The position numbers were made by a program, and so were the translations under genes. Under the pieces are notes generated by a model. That model saw only the letters and a list, made by a program, of their open reading frames with translations. It searched no databases and was not told the origin of the DNA. From the NCBI GenBank assembly GCA_963765575.1, contig CAVXWZ010000011.1, positions 64,001 to 128,000 on the forward strand: 64,000 bases of DNA, read 5' to 3'. Below, in pieces: positions 24,420 to 31,760 of this stretch. Position 1 is the stretch's first letter. The number at the start of each line of letters is the position of its first letter. Source of the stretch: an uncultured cyanobacterium (GTDB taxonomy: Bacteria; Cyanobacteriota; Cyanobacteriia; PCC-6307; Cyanobiaceae).

Positions 24420-24548
24420 TTAGGTTGGATTGGCTTCGTAGGGGGGTTGAACTGGCGTGCCCACACCCATCTTGGGCTGAGTGCTGGAGGGGATGGTGTA
24501 TTGACGGGAGAAGCCAAACAGCTTGTTGACGAAGATGGGATTGGCCAT
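24420..24548 (-). CDS. Putative precursor peptide G (42 aa)
   Basis: MANPIFVNKLFGFSRQYTIPSSTQPKMGVGTPVQPPYEANPT*. Confidence 0.85.
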   Translation of the reverse strand: MANPIFVNKLFGFSRQYTIPSSTQPKMGVGTPVQPPYEANPT

Positions 24549-24904
24549 GGGATGCATCGATTGGGTGAGATAGTTGGCAAAGATGTCGGGCTTGGAGCTG
24601 AATCAAGTGAGTCCACCGAATCGCAACTGAAGCGCCAGTTCAGGCAGAAATCCAATGATCCCGGCTCAGAGCGGTGCAGGCTTGATCTTGGCAAATCGCT
24701 TATTTACTTTAATTGTATCTTCCCTCTTTGTCAATTTAACGATCAGTCTCCTGGGCCAGGGGCCCAGCCCGCCGCGAGGTGACGCCACCGGGGCCGATGG
24801 GTTCAGCATGCCGCTGTGCGCCGGGTCCTGGGACGGTCCAGGGTCTTTCTTGAGGGTAGGCTGCTATGGTGATGAGCTGGCTTCGGCCAGACGGGCACGC
24901 GCCC

Positions 24905-24976
24905 GACCCCAGACAGCAGGTTGGACAAGGCTCCGGTTCGCCGGTGAATCCTTATTCGTAAGCCCTGCCGAGGTGA
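24905..24976 (+). promoter_or_regulatory. Ribosomal protein L10 leader (autoregulatory RNA)
   Basis: AGACAGCAGG...CCCTGCCGAGG pair typical of L10 leaders, upstream of rplJ. Confidence 0.75.
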
Positions 24977-25142
24977 ACGCGACAGGTTTCAGCCTCCAGT
25001 GCACCAGCGGCCTCCTGCCGCCGGCGAGCTGGTCGGGCCCGGAGCATGCAGCGGCCTCGCCACCAGTTCTGAGCCGTTTCCCGGCGCAGACGGTGTCCCA
25101 GGGCCGCGTACCCCGCTTGTTCCCCCGATCCGTTCCTTCCCT

Positions 25143-25676
25143 ATGGGCCGCACGCTGGAGAGCAAGCAACAGATCGTCGAAGAGCTCAAGGGGCTCCTCG
25201 GTGACGCCGAAATGGCGCTGGTCCTTGATTACAAGGGCCTGTCCATCAAGGAGATGTCTGACCTGCGGACCCGTCTGCAGGCCAGCAACGGTGTCTGCAA
25301 GGTGACCAAGAACACCTTGATGCGCCGGGCCATTGATGGCGACAGCGCCTGGTCGGAACTCGATTCCCTGCTCACTGGCACCAACGCCTTCGTGCTCATC
25401 AAGGGCGACGTGGGTGGTGCGGTGAAGGCCCTGCAGTCCTTCCAGAAGGACAGCAAGAAATCGGAAACGAAAGGAGGCCTGTTCGAAGGCAAGCTCCTCT
25501 CGCAAGCCGAAATCCAGGCCATCGGGGATCTGCCCTCCAAGGAGGTGCTCATGGCCCAGATCGCCGGTGCGATCAATGCCGTGGCCACCCAACTGGCGGT
25601 GGGCATCAACGAAGTTCCCTCCGGCCTCGCCCGGGCGCTCCAGCAGCACGCCGATGGCGACGGTTCGGCCTCCTGA
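25143..25676 (+). CDS. rplJ: 50S ribosomal protein L10
   Basis: [44 protein letters not shown]. Confidence 0.97.
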   Translation: MGRTLESKQQIVEELKGLLGDAEMALVLDYKGLSIKEMSDLRTRLQASNGVCKVTKNTLMRRAIDGDSAWSELDSLLTGTNAFVLIKGDVGGAVKALQSFQKDSKKSETKGGLFEGKLLSQAEIQAIGDLPSKEVLMAQIAGAINAVATQLAVGINEVPSGLARALQQHADGDGSAS

Positions 25677-25750
25677 GGCCAACCCGCGATCGGCCCTGCA
25701 GGGCTCCTCGATTCGACTGTTTCCCACAGATCTGTTGCTGATTCTCAACC

Positions 25751-26140
25751 ATGACCGCTACCACTGACCAGATTCTCGACCAGCTCAAAACCCTCTCCCT
25801 GCTGGAAGCTTCCGAGCTCGTCAAGCAGATCGAAGAGGCCTTCGGTGTGTCTGCCGCCGCCTCCGCCGGGGTGGTGATGGCCGCTCCCGGCGCCGGCGGT
25901 GCCGCCGCTGAAGCCGTGGAGGAGCAAACCGAATTCGATGTGATCCTCGACGGTTTCGACGCCGCCGCCAAGATCAAGGTGCTCAAGGCCGTGCGCGAAG
26001 CCACCGGCCTCGGCCTCGGCGATGCCAAGGCCCTGGTGGAGGCCGCTCCCAAGGCGGTCAAGGAAGGCATCACCAAAGACGACGCCGAAGCCCTCAAGAA
26101 GGCCATCGAGGAGGTGGGCGGCAAGGTCACCATCAAGTGA
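25751..26140 (+). CDS. rplL: 50S ribosomal protein L7/L12
   Basis: [43 protein letters not shown]. Confidence 0.98.
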   Translation: MTATTDQILDQLKTLSLLEASELVKQIEEAFGVSAAASAGVVMAAPGAGGAAAEAVEEQTEFDVILDGFDAAAKIKVLKAVREATGLGLGDAKALVEAAPKAVKEGITKDDAEALKKAIEEVGGKVTIK

Positions 26141-26173
26141 TCAGCTGCTGATGCCTCAGCCCCGGCTGAGCCC

Positions 26174-26199
26174 GCCGGCCCCCAGGGGCCGGTTTTTTT
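26174..26199 (+). terminator. Intrinsic terminator of rplJL
   Basis: ccggcccc-caggggccgg hairpin followed by T7. Confidence 0.8.
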
Positions 26200-26226
26200 A
26201 TGGCAGCCTGCGCCAAAAGCCGGCAC

Positions 26227-26327
26227 AAAAAAAACCCCGCCGAAGGCGGGGCTCAGGGCTTGGAACGGTTTCCGGGAGTCTGTCCTCGTTTCGACCCCGG
26301 AATGGTCGTTCCGCACTCCTCACACCC
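26227..26327 (-). ncRNA. Yfr2-family (Cyano-1) small RNA with terminator
   Basis: Minus strand begins GGGTGTGAGGAGTG, has GAAAC/GGAAAC loop motifs, ends in ccccgcc-ttc-ggcgggg-T8. Confidence 0.75.
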
Positions 26328-26388
26328 CATGAACATAAAAGATGGTGAGGTGTGCAGCAAGGCTTGGGGGACACTCCTGCGATTGGTC

Positions 26389-27222
26389 TCAGGGCCGATA
26401 GGGCACCACCTGCAGGGCGATCACGCCGCCGGCCTCCGCCTCGGCGCTCGTGTTCTCCTGCGACCAGGCGCGAGCCCCCGGGCGGCCCAGGCGCAGGCTC
26501 TCCAGCCGGGCCAGGCGGGACTGGCTCGTGCTCGACCGGGAGACTCCCCTGGAGTCCCTGGAGCTGCGGGAGCTGGCGGCCCTGGCGGTGGCGGTGTCCA
26601 GCGCGCTGGGGGGCGGCGGCGGTGTGGCCAGGCCGAGCAGGGGGTCGCCACCGGCGTTCGCCCGGGCCAGCAGCACCGGCAGCGGCTCCGCGTTGCTCAC
26701 ATAGAGGTGTTGGAGGCTCTGGCCGCCGAACACGCGACGCTCGAAGGCCCAGCCTTCAGCCAGTTGCAGCTCCACCAAGCCGTCGCCGCTGGGCTCGGCG
26801 CTGCCCACCACCAGGGGGCTGGACTGCTCGGGGCTGCTGGCCAGCAGCTCCAGGCGCCCGCCGCGGCTCTCCACCCGCAGGCGCCAGGGATGGCTGAGGT
26901 CGTCGCCGGCGATGCGCAGAGAGTAGGCGCTGCTGGAGGAGTAGAGGCCGCAGCTGGTGGCGGGCAGGTCCTTCTCGTAGGTGGCCACCGAGCCGTCGTC
27001 GAAGCGACGCCAGCAGGGGCGGGTTGGTTCGAGCTGCTCGAGCACGACCAGGTTCCAGCGGTTGCCGCTGAGGGGCTGGGCCAGGGCCATGGTGCGCTCG
27101 GCCTCCACCGGGGCGCTGTCGAAGCGCGCGGCCGCCCGGGCCCACTGCTGGGGCAGGACAGCGGCCGCGAGGCTCACTGCCCCTGCGGCTGCCAGGTAGC
27201 GTCGCTTCAGCCTCAAGGTCAT
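26389..27222 (-). CDS. DUF3747-like exported protein
   Basis: Signal peptide; WNLVVLEQL...PCW, SSAYSLRIAGDDL, LQHLYVSN; usual position between rplL and rnhA. Confidence 0.8.
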   Translation of the reverse strand: MTLRLKRRYLAAAGAVSLAAAVLPQQWARAAARFDSAPVEAERTMALAQPLSGNRWNLVVLEQLEPTRPCWRRFDDGSVATYEKDLPATSCGLYSSSSAYSLRIAGDDLSHPWRLRVESRGGRLELLASSPEQSSPLVVGSAEPSGDGLVELQLAEGWAFERRVFGGQSLQHLYVSNAEPLPVLLARANAGGDPLLGLATPPPPPSALDTATARAASSRSSRDSRGVSRSSTSQSRLARLESLRLGRPGARAWSQENTSAEAEAGGVIALQVVPYRP

Positions 27223-27296
27223 CGCCGTGCTCCTGTCCCCGTGGGGGACGTGGACAGATCAGAGGGATTGTCTAGCGGAGATCGACATGTTGTCCA

Positions 27297-28082
27297 GTGG
27301 CGGATGAGCCGGTGAGGGTTGTGGCAGCGGCCTGTGACGGCGCCTGCAGTGGCAACCCGGGGCCCGGGGGCTGGGGCGCCTTGATGCGTTTCGAGGACGG
27401 CTCGGTGCGGGAACTGGGCGGAGCCGATGCCGCCACCACCAACAACCGCATGGAGCTCACGGCGGCTCTGGCGCTGATGCAGGCGCTGCGTTCCCTGCCG
27501 CGGCACCCCGATCTGGTGCTGCGCACCGACAGTCGCTACCTGATCGACGGCCTGGGCCGCTGGATCCAGGGCTGGAAGCGCAAGGGCTGGCGCACCGCCT
27601 CTGGCGGTCCGGTGCTCAACCGCGACCTCTGGGAGCAGCTCGACCGCGCCCGCCTGGCGGACGTGCCCCTGCGCCACGTGCGTGGCCACAGCGGCGATCC
27701 CGACAACGACCGCTGCGACACGATCGCCGTGGCCTTCTCCCGGGGCGGGCAGCCCCGCCTCGCTGATCGCCTCTGCCAAGGCGGTGGTGATCCAGGGGGT
27801 GATCCCGGTGGCGATCCCGCCGATCCAGCTGGCGATCCCCTTCTGGAGGCCGCCCCCGCCGAACTTCAGCGCCTGCTCAGCCGCCTGGAGCTGGCCGATC
27901 GCCTGGCCCGCGGCGGCCATGGCCTCAGCCTGGTGGAGCTGGCCCAGCTGGTGCAGCAGCCCCTCAGCCGCCTCGAGGGTCGCAGTGCCTCCTGGTGCTG
28001 GCGCGACTGGCAGGTGGAACCCCTGGAGGGGGGGCGCTGGCGCCTGCGACGTGGGACGTCAGGATTGCCTCAGCAGGAGTGA
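27297..28082 (+). CDS. rnhA: Ribonuclease HI with C-terminal extension
   Basis: [44 protein letters not shown]. Confidence 0.93.
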   Translation: MADEPVRVVAAACDGACSGNPGPGGWGALMRFEDGSVRELGGADAATTNNRMELTAALALMQALRSLPRHPDLVLRTDSRYLIDGLGRWIQGWKRKGWRTASGGPVLNRDLWEQLDRARLADVPLRHVRGHSGDPDNDRCDTIAVAFSRGGQPRLADRLCQGGGDPGGDPGGDPADPAGDPLLEAAPAELQRLLSRLELADRLARGGHGLSLVELAQLVQQPLSRLEGRSASWCWRDWQVEPLEGGRWRLRRGTSGLPQQE

Positions 28083-28099
28083 CGGCAGGAGTGAAGGAG

Positions 28100-29269
28100 G
28101 TGACAGAAGCAGGCGGCACCGGGCCGCTGTACGAACGGCTGGTGGGGCCCCTGCTCAGCCGCGATGAGGGAGCTGATGCCGAGCAGCTCAGCCAGATCAG
28201 CCTGGCGGCCCTGGGCCAGGCCTGCCTGCGGCGCGAGTGGCCCCTGGTGAGCGGGGTTCTGGCCGGGCTCGGGGCTGAACTACGCCACCAGGACCCCCGG
28301 CTGGCCCAGACCCTCTTTGGTTGCCGCTTCGCCAATCCGGTGGGTCTGGCCGCCGGCTTCGACAAAAACGGTGTCGCCGCGGCCATCTGGCATCTGTTTG
28401 GTTTCGGCTTCGCCGAGGTGGGCACGATCACCGCCCAGGGCCAGCCAGGCAACCCACGCCCCCGCCTGTTCCGCCTGGCGGCGGAGCGGGCGGCCCTCAA
28501 CCGCATGGGCTTCAACAACCGCGGCGCCCAGGCCTGCCGCCGCCTGCTGGAGCGCCAGCGCCTGGCACCGCCCGGCCAGCGTCCGGCGGTGCTGGGCATC
28601 AACCTGGGCAAGTCGAAGCTCACGCCGCTGGAGCAGGCCCCCGACGACTACGCCGCGTCGCTGGAGCTGCTGGCCCCCCTGGCCGACTACGCGGTGATCA
28701 ATGTGAGCTCGCCCAACACCCCCGGGTTGCGCGACCTGCAGGATGAGGTGCTGCTGCGCCGGCTGGTGGAGCGGCTGCGGCGCCTGCCCGGCTGCCCGCC
28801 GCTGCTGGTGAAGATCGCCCCCGATCTGGAGGACGACGCCATCGATGCCATCGCCCGCCTGGCTTACCAGGAGGGGCTGGCCGGGGTGATCGCGGTGAAC
28901 ACCAGCCTCGACCGCCTCGGGCTTGAGGGGCGTCGCCTCCCCCAGACGGGCCGCACCCTCGCCGAGGAGGCCGGTGGGCTCAGCGGCGCACCCCTGCGCC
29001 AGCGGGCCCTGGAGGTGCTCAGGCGCCTGCGCGCCACCGCCGGCCCGGCGCTGCCCCTGATCGGCGTGGGCGGGATCGACTCGCCCGAAGTGGCCTGGGA
29101 GCGGATCACCGCCGGGGCCTCCCTGGTGCAGCTCTACACCGGCTGGATCTACCGCGGCCCCGGCCTGGTACCCGAGATCCTGAAGGGGATCAGCCAGCAG
29201 CTCGACCGCCATAGCCTTGGCCACATTGGTGAAGCTGTGGGATCGTCTCTGGCGTGGAGAGAAAACTAA
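28100..29269 (+). CDS. pyrD: Quinone-dependent dihydroorotate dehydrogenase
   Basis: [38 protein letters not shown]. Confidence 0.95.
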   Translation: MTEAGGTGPLYERLVGPLLSRDEGADAEQLSQISLAALGQACLRREWPLVSGVLAGLGAELRHQDPRLAQTLFGCRFANPVGLAAGFDKNGVAAAIWHLFGFGFAEVGTITAQGQPGNPRPRLFRLAAERAALNRMGFNNRGAQACRRLLERQRLAPPGQRPAVLGINLGKSKLTPLEQAPDDYAASLELLAPLADYAVINVSSPNTPGLRDLQDEVLLRRLVERLRRLPGCPPLLVKIAPDLEDDAIDAIARLAYQEGLAGVIAVNTSLDRLGLEGRRLPQTGRTLAEEAGGLSGAPLRQRALEVLRRLRATAGPALPLIGVGGIDSPEVAWERITAGASLVQLYTGWIYRGPGLVPEILKGISQQLDRHSLGHIGEAVGSSLAWREN

Positions 29270-29302
29270 GCTAATTTCAGTACGCGTTCGCGCTGCGACC
29301 GC

Positions 29303-30184
29303 TTGGTGCTGGCGGGACTCCAGGAGAAGTTTCTGCCGCTGCGGGCCGAGCTGTTCCCTGACATCGTGCTGCTCGACTTCAGCCATCCGCAGCTGCTGAT
29401 CGGCCAGGGCCTCAAGGGCGGCCAGCCCGCCGAGCCGCTCTGGACCGCCCCAGTACCGGCCCGCACCCTGCGCGATGGCATTCCGATCGTGGCCGATGCC
29501 CTCGGCGATTTCATCGGCGATCTGCTGCTGGAGCACAGCCGTCCCTACGCCGGCCTGGTGGTGGCGCTGCCCTGGGCGCTTGGCCAGTGGCGGGTGATCG
29601 AGTGGCCCGGCGGCCGGCAACCCAGCGACCCCCGCGCAGCCCTCGGCGCTCGCGGCGCCGAACTGGGCGCGCCCTTCGGCCTCAATGACGCCTGTTTCGA
29701 TCTCCAGCCCTTGATGGGATCGGGGGCCTGTTCGCTGTTGGCCGGCGCCCCACGCCAGGCGGTGGAGGCCTGGATCGATGTGTTCGCCATCGCCGGTGGC
29801 AGCTTGCGCCACCTCTTCCCCTCCCAGACGGTGCTGATGGCCGCCCTGCAAACGGAGCTGGAGGAGGCGCCGGCGGGCGAGCTGGTGGTGCTGCTGCAGC
29901 CCACCATCAGCGACTGCCAGCTGGTGGTGTGGCGGGAGGGTATCCCGGAATACGAGCGCACCCTGCCCCTGGCGATCGACCAGCTGATCCCCGTGCTGCG
30001 TCAGGTGCTCGGGTTCTGCCGCAGCTGCCTCGGCGCTTCCGGGGTGCGCCTGATCCTGGGCGAAGCGCTGGAGGGCAGTGAGGCCATCGGCGAGCAGCTG
30101 GGCCTGCCCCTGACCATCGCCGACCGGGGCGACTACGGATCCCTGCATCTCCAGGGCCTCGGACAGTTGGAGCTGGCGTCATGA
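29303..30184 (+). CDS. PilM-like type IV pilus assembly protein
   Basis: First gene of a pilMNOQ-like operon; GIPEYER motif; assignment largely positional. Confidence 0.6.
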   Translation: MVLAGLQEKFLPLRAELFPDIVLLDFSHPQLLIGQGLKGGQPAEPLWTAPVPARTLRDGIPIVADALGDFIGDLLLEHSRPYAGLVVALPWALGQWRVIEWPGGRQPSDPRAALGARGAELGAPFGLNDACFDLQPLMGSGACSLLAGAPRQAVEAWIDVFAIAGGSLRHLFPSQTVLMAALQTELEEAPAGELVVLLQPTISDCQLVVWREGIPEYERTLPLAIDQLIPVLRQVLGFCRSCLGASGVRLILGEALEGSEAIGEQLGLPLTIADRGDYGSLHLQGLGQLELAS

Positions 30185-30888
30185 GCAGCACACCGTTTGA
30201 CCTGCTGCGCGAGAAGCGCGAAGAACTGGGCCTCCTGGAACCGGCCGAGGCCACGGCCGAGGCCCGCGAGACGCTGCTCAAGGGGGTGGTGATCGGCGCC
30301 GTCCTGCTGGGCCTGATGCTCGGAGTGGCAGTGCTGCTGGCCCTGCGCGCCTCCATGCAGGCCTCACGACTGCAGCAGCTCAAGATCGTGGAGGCGGAGG
30401 TGGAGCAGTTTGAATCCCGCCTCGAGGCCGAGCGTTCCAGGCTTACGAAGCTCAACAGCGCCAATCAGGAGTTGGTGAAGGGTCTGGTGAGCTCCCGCTC
30501 CGGTTCGGCCCTGATGCGCGACCTGCAGCTGCGGGTGCCCCAGGGCGTCCAGCTCACCGAGGCCACGGAGCAGGGCAATGGGCTCAACCTCAAGGGTCAG
30601 GCGCGTGATCCCCAGGCTTTCGAGCGCATCAACGCCCTGCAGCTCGATCTCAAGCGCTCCCCCCTGGTGGATTCCAACCAAGTGCGCTTGGTGAAGGGGT
30701 CCCGCCAGTTGCAGACCGCCGGCTCCGGCGGCAAGGCCGCATCGGCGGAGATGGTCGACTTCGAGCTTCAGGTGGGATTCCGCCCCTCGATCCCGCCGGC
30801 GGCCGAGAAGGCGATCCTCGAGGAGCTGGGATCCGATGGCCTGGCGCGGCGACTGGACCTGCTGGAGCAGGAGGGGGTGCTGCAATGA
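30181..30888 (+). CDS. PilN domain protein
   Basis: TM plus coiled coil, RVPQGVQLT, RINALQLDLKRSPL. Confidence 0.8.
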   Translation: MSSTPFDLLREKREELGLLEPAEATAEARETLLKGVVIGAVLLGLMLGVAVLLALRASMQASRLQQLKIVEAEVEQFESRLEAERSRLTKLNSANQELVKGLVSSRSGSALMRDLQLRVPQGVQLTEATEQGNGLNLKGQARDPQAFERINALQLDLKRSPLVDSNQVRLVKGSRQLQTAGSGGKAASAEMVDFELQVGFRPSIPPAAEKAILEELGSDGLARRLDLLEQEGVLQ

Positions 30889-31640
30889 CCAACTTCCAGC
30901 AGGCCGCCAACCGCGATCAGCAACGGCTACAGCAGCGCCTGCTGTTGGGCCTTCCCATCGCTGTCGGCGCCGTCCTGGCGGCGTTGGTGCTCGGCTTTGC
31001 GGTGGTGCCCCAGTGGCTGGCGCTGCGGGGCAACCGTGAGCGCATCGACCGGATCGAAGAGCTGGAGCAGAGCCTGCCCCTGCTGCGCGACCAGCTGGCC
31101 AAAACCTCGGCGGACCAGGAGCAGGCCAGCAGCCGCCGCGAGCAGATCCTCACCCTCATCCAGGGCAGCGGCGAGTTCAACACTTTCCTGGCCCAGCTGG
31201 ACCGGGAGGCGCGCCGCAACCGGGTGCAGCTCGACTTGTTCGAGCCCGTTGTGGCCTCAGAGCCGGCTGCAGAGGATGCCGACGGGCAACGTGGCGGCGA
31301 CTCTGAGGATGCAGCCCAGGAGCCGCTGGAGGCGGCGGGGCTGTCGTCCCAGGCGATACTGCTCACCGCCCAGGGATCCTATCCAAATTTGCTGGCCTTC
31401 ATGAGGGCTGTCGAGAGGCTCAGTTTGCTTGTGGTGCCTAGCAATTTCGCCATCGCGCTGGTGGAACTTCCCACTCCACCGGGAGCCCCCGACCGGCCGG
31501 CGACGGCCCCGCCGCCCACCACACCCCAGCTGAAAGTGCAGCTCAAGTACTACACCCCATCTCCGGGTAATGGAACTTCAGCTGATTCTGCCCAGACTGG
31601 TGAATCTGCCAGCCCTGGAGATTCAGAACCGGAAACCTGA
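30885..31640 (+). CDS. PilO-like protein
   Basis: TM plus coiled coil, GSYPNLLAFMRAVERL. Confidence 0.7.
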   Translation: MTNFQQAANRDQQRLQQRLLLGLPIAVGAVLAALVLGFAVVPQWLALRGNRERIDRIEELEQSLPLLRDQLAKTSADQEQASSRREQILTLIQGSGEFNTFLAQLDREARRNRVQLDLFEPVVASEPAAEDADGQRGGDSEDAAQEPLEAAGLSSQAILLTAQGSYPNLLAFMRAVERLSLLVVPSNFAIALVELPTPPGAPDRPATAPPPTTPQLKVQLKYYTPSPGNGTSADSAQTGESASPGDSEPET

Positions 31641-31760
31641 AGAAATCAGTCGGCCCAGCGGTTGAATCCCATGCACTCTCGGTACAATTTTGCAACGATG
31701 TGTTTTTTAGCAGTGGCCAGATCAGGGCGCAGCAACAGACCACGCCCCACGCGCGCCCTG

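Noticed and set aside
21346..24548. CRISPR array interpretation of the recurring ggctgagtgctggaggg motif
   Set aside because: Repeats are degenerate and 300-1200 bp apart, translate to a conserved peptide motif, and no cas genes are present
21184..24782. Plus-strand ORFs with repeated LSAGGDGV motif (21184..21516, 21975..22226, 24372..24782)
   Set aside because: Reverse-complement reading of the peptide genes; the minus-strand frames have aligned start codons and are co-oriented with the enzyme genes
12243..24904. Prophage or integrative element call for the island
   Set aside because: No integrase, phage genes or att-like direct repeats seen
26250..26330. tRNA or 6S RNA after rplL
   Set aside because: No cloverleaf or CCA end and too short for 6S; motifs fit Yfr2
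27784..27840. GDPG tandem micro-repeat in rnhA
   Set aside because: Low-complexity inter-domain linker
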